A stretch of DNA of 64,000 nt from assembly GCA_041653635.1 (NCBI GenBank), contig JBAZFC010000001.1:433723-497722 (forward strand), given 5' to 3'. The notes under the pieces are model-generated. The model saw only the letters and a program-made list of their open reading frames with translations. It was not told the DNA's origin and ran no database searches. Position numbers and translations under genes: made by a program. Shown piece after piece: positions 1-7,954 of this stretch; the stretch's first letter is position 1, and the number at the start of each line of letters is the position of its first letter. The DNA is from Candidatus Micrarchaeia archaeon. GTDB taxonomy: Archaea; Micrarchaeota; Micrarchaeia; Anstonellales; Bilamarchaeaceae.

Positions 1-637
1 CCGCCAGCGACACGAGCTTCCCTGCCAGCTTCCCGCCGACGAGGTGATCTATGTTCGGGCACACCTCCTTCGCAAGCTCGTTCATGTATTCCTCGTACGA
101 GTCCATGAGCGCATAAACCGCCTCTATCCCGCGGGCCAGCTCGCGTATCTTCTCCACGTCCTTGGTCTTCAGCTCCCCCCCGGTGCTCGCCTTCGCCCTC
201 GCGCATATGTCCAGGGCCTTCCCCTGCCCCACGAACTGTGAAATTGACGCCGGGTCCGGGTTCGCCTTGTCCAGGTTCAGCACCACTCCGATATAGCTGC
301 GCCTCTCCGTGGTCTTCAATTCCGGGAAATAGAGCGAATACATCTCCTCCAATTTTTCCGCCATGAGGTTGGAAACGCTCTCCAGCTCCTCAACCGTGCG
401 GGAAATCTGCGCGAGCATCACGTCCCTGCTCCTCAGCGCGGCAGAAGTCCTCTCCCTCGCCTTCTTCAGGAACCTCAATCTCCTGTCCATGTCCGGGTCG
501 CTTCCGCCCCTGTCCCTCCCTCCGCTGGGGCGCCCCCCGAACCCGCCCCTCCTGTCGCCGAAGCCGCTGGGCCTGCTGCTAAATCCGCCCGGGCGCCCGC
601 CGCCCCTTCCACCGCCAAATCCGCCTCTGCGTTCCAT
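1..637 (-). CDS. nop5: Nop5 (Nop56/58 family) box C/D RNP protein, 3'-partial, with N-terminal Gly/Arg-rich tract
   Basis: Manual translation from ATG at 637 (missing from the ORF track because it runs off the window): MERRGGFGGGRGGGRPGG...DVMLAQISRTVEELESVSNLMAEKLEEMYSLYFPEL...EVCPNIDHLVGGKLAGKLVSLA. Matches the Nop coiled-coil (YFPEL) and Nop domain (PNL..LVG..LA.KL.SLA) motifs. Confidence 0.9.
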   Translation of the reverse strand, partial: MERRGGFGGGRGGGRPGGFSSRPSGFGDRRGGFGGRPSGGRDRGGSDPDMDRRLRFLKKARERTSAALRSRDVMLAQISRTVEELESVSNLMAEKLEEMYSLYFPELKTTERRSYIGVVLNLDKANPDPASISQFVGQGKALDICARAKASTGGELKTKDVEKIRELARGIEAVYALMDSYEEYMNELAKEVCPNIDHLVGGKLAGKLVSLA

Positions 638-642
638 AATAA

Positions 643-1767
643 TCACTCAAATCTTTTGTTCCACATCTCTTTCGCCAGTTTCCCGGTGTGGGTGTATCTT
701 TCCACGTCCGCCCTTTCCTTCCTTTTGCGGTGCTCGCACAGGAACCCGTTTATTTTCTGCGCGAGGACTTCCTTCACCTCCCCGGTGAGCATCCTCCCGC
801 TACCATATTCCCCGGCGATTCTTTTTAATTCCACATCATCCGGCTCAAAAAGCACGCTGAGCCACTGGAACGGCACGTCCACGGACAGGTCCGCCCCCAA
901 TTTCCTGTGCTCCTCAAGGGTGGAGCGCCCGCCCGAGAACGCGTATTTCATTATCTTGTTCCGCACCGTCTTTTCGTCGTCGTCCAGCCAGATTGCGCTC
1001 TCCTTCATGGACGAGCTCATCTTCCCCTGCGCCCCCTGCAATGGAGAGAGGAATTTGGAGTGTATCTGCGCCGCCTTGTGGTATCCCAGCCCCTCGGCGA
1101 TGTCCCGCTGTATCCTCCAGTAGGGGTCCTGGTCTATCGCCGCAGGAATGAGGCACCTCCTCTTCTCAAAGAAGGTCGGCAGCATCTGGCACGCCGGGTA
1201 CATGCCCATCCCTATGTTCGTTTCATTTGTGAACCCGAACACCGCCTTCACCGTTGAATATGTGACCTTCTTCGCTATCTTCAATAGCATCGGATAAGTG
1301 TTCCCCATGTATTCGCTGTCCCTGTAGATGAAGGTGCGGTCCGGGTCAAAGCCCACCGCCGCTATTTCCGCGATGTTCTCCTCCGCCCATTTCCCGGTCT
1401 CCTCCCAGCCCATGTCCTTCTTGTACAGGAAGTTCTCGTCGTCCGTAATCTCTATGTACAAATTAACCTTGAACCGGTCCTGCAGCCATTTCGTGAAAAT
1501 CATCGGGATGAGGTGCCCGATGTGCATCTGGCCGCCCGGCTTCCTCCCGGTGTACAAATAGAAGCCCTTCCCCTTTTCATAGTCGTCCAGCACCAGGTCC
1601 AAATCCCTGTGCGAGAAGAAAAAGTCGCGGTGCAGCATCACGTGCGTGCCCCCCGCGTCCTTCTCCAGCCTGCCGCGCAGCTTCCCGTCTATCCTCTTTG
1701 TCCCGAATTCCTTCACGAGCTTTTCGTAATCCACCTTGCCCGAGACTTCCCACGGAGTGACTGCCAT
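643..1767 (-). CDS. trpS: tryptophan--tRNA ligase (archaeal type)
   Basis: VTPWEV N-terminus, YTGRxP, HIGH, AIDQDPYWR and KMSSS motifs. Confidence 0.97.
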   Translation of the reverse strand: MAVTPWEVSGKVDYEKLVKEFGTKRIDGKLRGRLEKDAGGTHVMLHRDFFFSHRDLDLVLDDYEKGKGFYLYTGRKPGGQMHIGHLIPMIFTKWLQDRFKVNLYIEITDDENFLYKKDMGWEETGKWAEENIAEIAAVGFDPDRTFIYRDSEYMGNTYPMLLKIAKKVTYSTVKAVFGFTNETNIGMGMYPACQMLPTFFEKRRCLIPAAIDQDPYWRIQRDIAEGLGYHKAAQIHSKFLSPLQGAQGKMSSSMKESAIWLDDDEKTVRNKIMKYAFSGGRSTLEEHRKLGADLSVDVPFQWLSVLFEPDDVELKRIAGEYGSGRMLTGEVKEVLAQKINGFLCEHRKRKERADVERYTHTGKLAKEMWNKRFE

Positions 1768-1829
1768 GCATCAAGTTCCCATATAAACATTAAAAAATTG
1801 TTCCTAAAAAAACCACTCCTGTGACATAA

Positions 1830-2378
1830 ATGACTTTTGTCCCCAAGAAACTATTCTTTACAAAGGGTGTTGGCGTTTCCAACACGAGGTTGAGCTCCTT
1901 TGAGGAGGCGCTGCGTTCCGCAGGGATTGCGAAATTCAACCTTGTTACGGTGTCCAGCATCTTCCCGCCCAACGCGCAGCTCATAGACCGCGAGCAGGGC
2001 CTCGCGGAGATGCACGCCGGGCAGATTGTTTTCTGCGTCCTAGCGCGCCTTTCCTCATGCGAGCCGAACAGGCTCATATCCGCCTCCATCGGCACCGCGC
2101 TGCCCGCGGACCCGTCCGTGCACGGCTACCTGAGCGAGCACCACTCGTATGGATTGAACCAGGAGAAGTGCGGCGACTATTCCGAGGACCTCGCGGCATC
2201 CATGCTCGCATCCACTCAGGGTATAGAGTTCGACGTGGACGCGAACTGGGACGAGAAGGAGAAGTACTTCAAGATGAGCGGGAAGATCGTCAAGACCTTC
2301 AACACCACGCAGACCGCGGTCGTGGACAAGAACGGCAAATGGACCTCGGTGATTGCGGCGGCGGTATTGCTACCCTGA
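1830..2378 (+). CDS. pdaD: pyruvoyl-dependent arginine decarboxylase
   Basis: [25 protein letters not shown] with the Ser-Ser self-cleavage site; GYLSEHH. Confidence 0.9.
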   Translation: MTFVPKKLFFTKGVGVSNTRLSSFEEALRSAGIAKFNLVTVSSIFPPNAQLIDREQGLAEMHAGQIVFCVLARLSSCEPNRLISASIGTALPADPSVHGYLSEHHSYGLNQEKCGDYSEDLAASMLASTQGIEFDVDANWDEKEKYFKMSGKIVKTFNTTQTAVVDKNGKWTSVIAAAVLLP

Positions 2379-2414
2379 TTTTTTTGGTTTGCAAAACTAA
2401 TAGTAAATAAACTA

Positions 2415-2444
2415 AAAAGGAAAAAATGAGGGCCGAAGCCCTCA
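2415..2444 (-). terminator. hairpin (UUCG loop) plus U-tract terminator
   Basis: Minus strand TGAGGGC-TTCG-GCCCTCA followed by TTTTTTCCTTTTT, starting at the stop codon of 2442..2795. Confidence 0.7.
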
Positions 2445-2795
2445 CCTTCTCTTCTTTCTCTTTGGAGCAGCCTTCTTCTTCGCCGCTTTTCTTGCCGGCT
2501 TCCTGGCCACGGCCTTCTTCGCCGCAGGCGCCTTCTTCATGGCGGAATACGGCGGCGCGAACACTGCCGGCCTCGCCATCCCCGGCCTCGGGGGCGGGAG
2601 CGGCCTCATCGCGGGCCTCGCACCCGGCGGGAGCGGCCTGTATATCGGCGTAATGGGCCTCGGCGGGATTGAGCCCGGCCTCGGCGGAGGCAGCGGCCTC
2701 ATCGCCGGCCTCGGAGCGGAAGGGGCCGGCCTGGATGCAGGCGCACCCTCGTCCTTGCCCAGGAAGAACTCCTTAATCGATTTTAGTATGCCCAT
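2442..2795 (-). CDS. small Pro/Arg-rich protein with Lys/Ala-rich (histone H1-like) tail
   Basis: GGATGTGA SD-like sequence upstream, own terminator, RPAMRPLPPPRPG twice, C-terminal KKAPAAKKAVARKPARKAAKKK. Confidence 0.75.
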   Translation of the reverse strand: MGILKSIKEFFLGKDEGAPASRPAPSAPRPAMRPLPPPRPGSIPPRPITPIYRPLPPGARPAMRPLPPPRPGMARPAVFAPPYSAMKKAPAAKKAVARKPARKAAKKKAAPKRKKRR

Positions 2796-2892
2796 GCTAT
2801 CACATCCCTCTCTTCAAAGGGAAAATATAAAAAGGTTATCAGGGGTCGCACGAGAGCGAACGCTTTTAATCAGGCGCCAACCAATCCAACCC

Positions 2893-3378
2893 ATGGATTT
2901 CCTGAGGGTAAGCTGGGACGATGCGTCGCAGATGTGCGAGCGCCTCGCATCCAGGGTATCCTCGTCCGGCTTCAGGCCGGACGTCATAATAGGGATAAGC
3001 AGGGGCGGCCTCGTTCCCGCCCGCCTCCTCTCCGACATTCTGGGCCTGCACGAATTATATGTGATGCGCGTTTCGCTTTACACGGGCATCGGGAAGAAGG
3101 CCGCAGCGCCCAAAATAACGCAGCCCCTCCCGGCGAAGCTCGGCGGGAAGAAGGCATTGCTCGTTGACGACGTTTCAGACACAGGAAAGAGCCTGGAAGT
3201 TGCAAAAAAGCACGTCCTGGACATGGGCGCCGGGGAAGTGAAGGTCGCAACCCTCCATTTCAAGCCGCACTCCGCCTTCCGCCCGGACTTTTTTGAGGGC
3301 GAAACGGGCGCGTGGATAATCTATCCCTGGGAAATCCACGAATGCAGGCGCGAGCTGGGAGATAAAATGCCGGAGTGA
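2893..3378 (+). CDS. type I phosphoribosyltransferase (purine PRTase-like)
   Basis: IIGISRGGLVPA, PRPP-binding LLVDDVSDTGKS, WIIYPWE; start reassigned to ATG 2893. Confidence 0.9.
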   Translation: MDFLRVSWDDASQMCERLASRVSSSGFRPDVIIGISRGGLVPARLLSDILGLHELYVMRVSLYTGIGKKAAAPKITQPLPAKLGGKKALLVDDVSDTGKSLEVAKKHVLDMGAGEVKVATLHFKPHSAFRPDFFEGETGAWIIYPWEIHECRRELGDKMPE

Positions 3379-3382
3379 TTGG

Positions 3383-3934
3383 ATGGAACTGGGTTACAAG
3401 GTCTATATGGCCCTTCTTGCGCTTTTCACCCTGCCGATATTCATAGTGCCTTTCCTCGCGGCGGCGGATTCCGGCGCCGCAGAGCCCCTCTATTCCTTCT
3501 ACGGGCTCACCTGCCACCAGTTCATCTCGCGTTCCATATGCTACTTCCCGGGATACGGGATTTCGGACTGCACATCCTCAGGCAGCCTCGCCCCGTACCC
3601 GCTGCACATCACCGAAAAGAATGGGATGGTCGGCTACCCGTTCCCTGTATGCTCAAGGGACATAGGCATATACTTGGCGGCGCTCGCGAGCGGCCTCCTC
3701 CTGTTTTTCCTAAAGAAATCAGATTCCATGGAAATCCCGAACCCGCTCTTCTTCATGCTCGCGCTCGTGCCCATAGCACTGGACGGGGGGACGCAGCTCA
3801 TAGGGCTGCGTGAGAGCACCAACCTCCTGCGCCTCCTCACGGGCGGCATAGCCGGCTTCGCCTTCTCTTTCTACTGCGTGCCGCTGATGAACAGGGCTTT
3901 CGCAAAGAAAGATGGGAAGAAGGATAAGAAATAG
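3383..3934 (+). CDS. DUF2085-like membrane protein
   Basis: CHQ..RS, PVCSRDIGIY, DGGTQLIGLRESTNLLRLLTG motifs; several hydrophobic segments. Confidence 0.8.
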   Translation: MELGYKVYMALLALFTLPIFIVPFLAAADSGAAEPLYSFYGLTCHQFISRSICYFPGYGISDCTSSGSLAPYPLHITEKNGMVGYPFPVCSRDIGIYLAALASGLLLFFLKKSDSMEIPNPLFFMLALVPIALDGGTQLIGLRESTNLLRLLTGGIAGFAFSFYCVPLMNRAFAKKDGKKDKK

Positions 3935-3943
3935 TATATCTTC

Positions 3944-5839
3944 TCACTTCAACCGTATCGCTTCCAGGTTCAGGGGCGCCCTCGCCTCCCTCCTAAGCAG
4001 CGATGCAGCCGCGCGTGCGAGGTCGTCCGCCTTGTTCCAGTCCCCGTGCATCGTAAACACGCGTTCAGGGGTGGGCTTGAGGTTGCTCAGGAACGCCATG
4101 AGCTGGTGCCTGTCGCTGTGGCCGGAGAACCCTTCCACGGTCTCCACGCGCATCCTGATGTTCATTATCTTCGCCCTTCCGTCGTCCCCGGTCACGGGTA
4201 TCTCCTTCATGCCGCGCTGTATCTTGTGCCCGAGGGAGAGTGGGCTCTGGTAGCCCACGAATATCAGCGTATTCTTTTCATCCTCGGCCATGAGGCGCAG
4301 GTATTCCACCGAGGGCCCGCCGTTCATCATCCCAGAAGGCGCCAGTATCACCGAGGGCTCGCCAGTAACTATGGTCTCCTTGTCCGTGCCCTTCGCCACC
4401 TTGAGCATCGGGGACTCAAACGGGCTGTTGTTGGAGAGTATGCGCCTCTCTATGCTCTCGCGCAGGTATTCCGGATAAGCGGTATGTATCGCCGATGTCT
4501 CCATGACCATGCCGTCTATGTACACGGGGATGTTGAAGTTCGGGTCCCTCCTCGCGTAGTCCTCCAGCACGAGCATTATCTCCTGGCTCCTGCCGACCGC
4601 GAACACGGGTATGAGGACCTTGCCGCCCTTCGCCGCCGTCTCCTTTATGATATTCACCAGCCGGTCCTCCATGTCCCTCCTGTTCGAGGTGACGTCGTTC
4701 TTCGCCCCGTATGTGCTCTCCAGGAACAAGGTCTCTATCCGCGGGAAATGTGTGTTCGCCGGCTCAAACAATTTCGTATAGCCGAACTTCATGTCCCCGC
4801 TATATACGAGATTATGCAGCCCCTCGCCTATGTGCAGGTGCACCATCGCGCTGCCGATTATGTGGCCCGCGTTGTAGAGCGTCATCTTTATCTCCGGGGT
4901 TATGTCCACCACTTCCCCGTACTCCACCGGCACGACGCGCCTCAATTCCTTCTGGATGTCCTTCTTCCCATAAGGTGGGTCCACACCCAGGGACTTCTTC
5001 ATCAGGTCCACGGAATCCGTCTGGAGGAGCGCCATCAGCTCGCGCGTAGGCGGCGTGCAATAGACGGGCCCGTCGTATCCATATGCATACAAGTACGGGA
5101 GGAATCCCATGTGGTCTATATGGCCGTGGCTGATTATGACCGCGTCCAGCTCTTCCAGCGGGAACCCCATGAAATTCAGGTAGGGGTACGCCTTGCTCGG
5201 CTCGCTTATCACCGGGTTGATTCCCACGTCTATGAGTATGCGGCTGTGCGGCGTCTGCACCAGCATGCACGAACGCCCGACCTCCCTGAACGCGCCCAGC
5301 ATGGACACGCGCACCCACTCGCTGGAGGGCGGGGGCTGGCATATCTTCTTGCCCAGCGAGAGCAGGAATTTCTTCCGGTCATCCGCCTCCGCCATATACC
5401 CCTTCCTTATGCCCCTTATGGTGGCCGAAGGTATCGTCGGGCTCCTGAGCACGACCGGGGACCATCCCGTCCTGGTTATGATTTCCTTGAGTACGCTCCC
5501 GCCCTTCCCTATCACGAGCCCGGGCTTCAGCGCCTCTATGAACACTTCCGAGAAGATGGATGCGAAGGTTATGGAGCTTATGACCGCCTCCTTGGGCACC
5601 ACGCTCTCTATCTCTTTTCGCGCCTTCTCGATGTCCGCCAGCCTGCTCTGGTCCACGCGCACGCTGACCTTCTTGCGCACCGCGCCCGCGAGCTGCTTTA
5701 TGAGCTGGTCGTTCCTGTAGAAGGCGTCGATGTTCTTCACATATATGACTATGTTCAGCCCTTCGGCCTCCACCTTGGTAATCCCGCACTCCGCGGGCAT
5801 TATGTCTGATACTGTTTTCTCTATGTCTTTCTGTTGCAT
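3944..5839 (-). CDS. fttA: aCPSF1/FttA KH-domain beta-CASP ribonuclease (transcription termination factor)
   Basis: N-terminal KH (KPGLVIGKGG), MBL motif HGHIDH, AGHIIGS, FSGHSD; follows psmB as in the conserved archaeal operon. Confidence 0.95.
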   Translation of the reverse strand: MQQKDIEKTVSDIMPAECGITKVEAEGLNIVIYVKNIDAFYRNDQLIKQLAGAVRKKVSVRVDQSRLADIEKARKEIESVVPKEAVISSITFASIFSEVFIEALKPGLVIGKGGSVLKEIITRTGWSPVVLRSPTIPSATIRGIRKGYMAEADDRKKFLLSLGKKICQPPPSSEWVRVSMLGAFREVGRSCMLVQTPHSRILIDVGINPVISEPSKAYPYLNFMGFPLEELDAVIISHGHIDHMGFLPYLYAYGYDGPVYCTPPTRELMALLQTDSVDLMKKSLGVDPPYGKKDIQKELRRVVPVEYGEVVDITPEIKMTLYNAGHIIGSAMVHLHIGEGLHNLVYSGDMKFGYTKLFEPANTHFPRIETLFLESTYGAKNDVTSNRRDMEDRLVNIIKETAAKGGKVLIPVFAVGRSQEIMLVLEDYARRDPNFNIPVYIDGMVMETSAIHTAYPEYLRESIERRILSNNSPFESPMLKVAKGTDKETIVTGEPSVILAPSGMMNGGPSVEYLRLMAEDEKNTLIFVGYQSPLSLGHKIQRGMKEIPVTGDDGRAKIMNIRMRVETVEGFSGHSDRHQLMAFLSNLKPTPERVFTMHGDWNKADDLARAAASLLRREARAPLNLEAIRLK

Positions 5840-5949
5840 CTAAATCACGTTCTTTTCATTTTGCTAAGCAGGCTTCCGCCCTCTTTGAGAAGCAGAAACC
5901 AAAAAAAAAAACAAAACCTTGCCTTCCGGTTGTTTCGCCCAAATAATAT

Positions 5950-6597
5950 CTATTCCTTGCTAGGCTGTGCCGGGTGCTTCTTGAAGTCCTTGTCGCCAAG
6001 CAACTCGGTCCCGTGCGGCGTTATGATGAGCACGTCCACGCCTTCGCCGCTTCCTGCATCCCTCTTTATCGCGGCCCCTACCGCGCGGTATGCTATCGGA
6101 GCATTCTCCTTCACGCTGCCGTCCTTGACGAACATCTCTTCCAGCACGCCCATCGCTATCGGCGAGCCGCTTCCTGTCGCTGTGATGTCCTCTTCGGTCA
6201 CGCCGCCGAGCATGTCCACGCTGAACACGCGCGGTTTTTCGTCAACGCCCCCGATCAGCAGCTGCACGAAGAAAGGGTAATACTTGTTTCCGGACAGGAT
6301 GTTCGCGAGGAGCGTAGCCGCCCCCTCAACCGTTATCCTCCTGCCGTGCTTCAGCTCGTACATCTTTATCTCGGCGCGCATCCAGCGCACGAGCGCCTGT
6401 GCGTCGCCCACGCCGCCCGCAATCGTCATCCCTATGTAATCGCTTATCAGGTGTATCTTGGGCGTCTTCTTGTTGGCGATGTAGTAGCCCATCGTCGCCC
6501 TCTTGTCGCTCGCGAGGATTACGCCGTCCTTGCAGACAAGCCCTACTGTAGTCGTCCCGGTTTTCTTTATCATCTGTTCTTTGGAATCCATTTCCAT
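5950..6597 (-). CDS. psmB: proteasome beta subunit
   Basis: Propeptide followed by TGTTTVG, GVGDAQ, ATGSGS, RDAGSG. Confidence 0.96.
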   Translation of the reverse strand: MEMDSKEQMIKKTGTTTVGLVCKDGVILASDKRATMGYYIANKKTPKIHLISDYIGMTIAGGVGDAQALVRWMRAEIKMYELKHGRRITVEGAATLLANILSGNKYYPFFVQLLIGGVDEKPRVFSVDMLGGVTEEDITATGSGSPIAMGVLEEMFVKDGSVKENAPIAYRAVGAAIKRDAGSGEGVDVLIITPHGTELLGDKDFKKHPAQPSKE

Positions 6598-6639
6598 AGG
6601 CTCACCAAAAGTAGTTGATATTCTATGCACTATAAGGGT

Positions 6640-6879
6640 TTATAAAGGTGCGGGCAATCCGCCTTTCTCGGCGAGCCAAACCCCGTCCAGAAGCCCATAT
6701 GCATAATCACTAGCGCCGAAAGATGAGAAATAATCCCCCTTTTTGAAGAAGTGCCCCGCATCTTTTGCGTATTGCTCTGCAAGCGCGAACACTTCTGGGC
6801 ATTCCTCCTTAATCCAAGCGCTCCGCTCAAGGTGAATCTTCAGTTTCGCAAGGCTTTTTCCCGCGCGTTCCTTTTCCAT
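6640..6879 (-). CDS. DUF357 family small protein
   Basis: A.QYAKDAGHFFKKGDYFSSFGASDYAYGLLD pattern; start ATG 6879 directly after the tRNA. Confidence 0.8.
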   Translation of the reverse strand: MEKERAGKSLAKLKIHLERSAWIKEECPEVFALAEQYAKDAGHFFKKGDYFSSFGASDYAYGLLDGVWLAEKGGLPAPL

Positions 6880-6881
6880 AT

Positions 6882-6981
6882 CGGGCCCGGTGGGATTTGA
6901 ACCCACGACCGCCTGGTCACTCCTGCATTCAGGAGAAGGCATTCGAAGCCAGGCACGCTATCCAAGCTGCGCTACGGGCCC
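6882..6981 (-). tRNA. tRNA-Arg(TCG) with 25-nt intron (6918..6942) at position 37/38
   Basis: GGGCCCG acceptor stem, anticodon arm CCTGG-CT-TCG-A[intron]A-CCAGG, GGTTCAAATCC T-arm; BHB motif (CTTC/GGAG central helix, GAA and TGA bulges); CCA not encoded. Confidence 0.95.
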
Positions 6982-7025
6982 ATACCCGATGACTAATTAA
7001 GAATGGAAGTAAAATAAAAACCTGT

Positions 7026-7931
7026 TTATTGGGTGAGGATTCGCGCCCCGTTCTCTTCCACTACAACCGTGTGCTCCGCCTGCGCCACCAATCCGCCCCC
7101 CGCCTCTTTCAGCACAGGATATGCCTTCAGCACCTGCATCCTCAGCATCTCCTTCAGCGCGTTGCTCACGAGCAATTTGGAGGGGAACTTCTGCACGAGC
7201 CACCTCTCCGCAAAGGGGAGCATCCCGTAATTATCCAATATGTGATTTAATATCTGCCTGGACTGCCTCATGCGCAGCCCGCCCGGCAGATACAAGGAGA
7301 ATATCTCCACCTGCTCCGTATCCGAGACAAATCCCTTCCCGTCCGTAGCGAAGGGCTCCACCGCAAATATGTCCCCTGCCTGGAACTCGTACGGGTCCTC
7401 GGTCTTCACATTCGGTATGTCTATCCCCGCATGCAGCAGCCCCGTCTTTATCATGTGCCCGGTGAGGTTCGCAATCGGCTTGTACCCGTATCCTTTGATG
7501 GTCTCCTCAACTATCCCGCCGATTTCCCCGACCTTCACGCCCAGCTTTATGCCAGCAATCGCGTTGGCGAGCGCCTTTTCCGCCGCCTCCACCAATTTCC
7601 CGTTCTTGCCGCCCAAATCTATTGTGTACGCGGTGTCCGCTATCGCCCCATTCACGCTCGTCCCGAAATCTATCTTTACTACGTCCGTCTCCTTGAACAG
7701 CGCCTGGTCCCCCTTTTCCGGGGTGTAATGCGCGGCGATTTCATTAATTGAAACATTTGTAGGAAAAGCGGGGAACGCCCCCTCCTCAACTATCATCCCC
7801 TCTATTGTTTCGGCAACGTCAAGGAGGCTCGCATCGGCCATCACGAGCGCCTTGCTCTCCTCCCTTATCTTTGCGGCAATCTTCCCCGCCTGCTCAAATT
7901 CTGAAAGCGGAGCCTCAACAAATTCGTCCAT
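7026..7931 (-). CDS. map: methionine aminopeptidase type II
   Basis: AFPTNVSINEIAAHYTP, KIDFG, DTAYT, NLTGH, AVEPFAT, AQAEHTV. Confidence 0.96.
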   Translation of the reverse strand: MDEFVEAPLSEFEQAGKIAAKIREESKALVMADASLLDVAETIEGMIVEEGAFPAFPTNVSINEIAAHYTPEKGDQALFKETDVVKIDFGTSVNGAIADTAYTIDLGGKNGKLVEAAEKALANAIAGIKLGVKVGEIGGIVEETIKGYGYKPIANLTGHMIKTGLLHAGIDIPNVKTEDPYEFQAGDIFAVEPFATDGKGFVSDTEQVEIFSLYLPGGLRMRQSRQILNHILDNYGMLPFAERWLVQKFPSKLLVSNALKEMLRMQVLKAYPVLKEAGGGLVAQAEHTVVVEENGARILTQ

Positions 7932-7954
7932 AGGAAGATTTCCCACCGAAGTGA

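Noticed and set aside
2539..2892. Gly-rich N-terminal extension of the PRTase in the ORF track
   Set aside because: It is the antisense shadow of the Pro-rich gene; the PRTase fold starts at ATG 2893
4046..5809. Long antisense ORFs (e.g. 4046..5809, 22493..23824, 52173..53471)
   Set aside because: They lie opposite well-supported genes and are expected from GC-rich codon bias; no recognisable motifs
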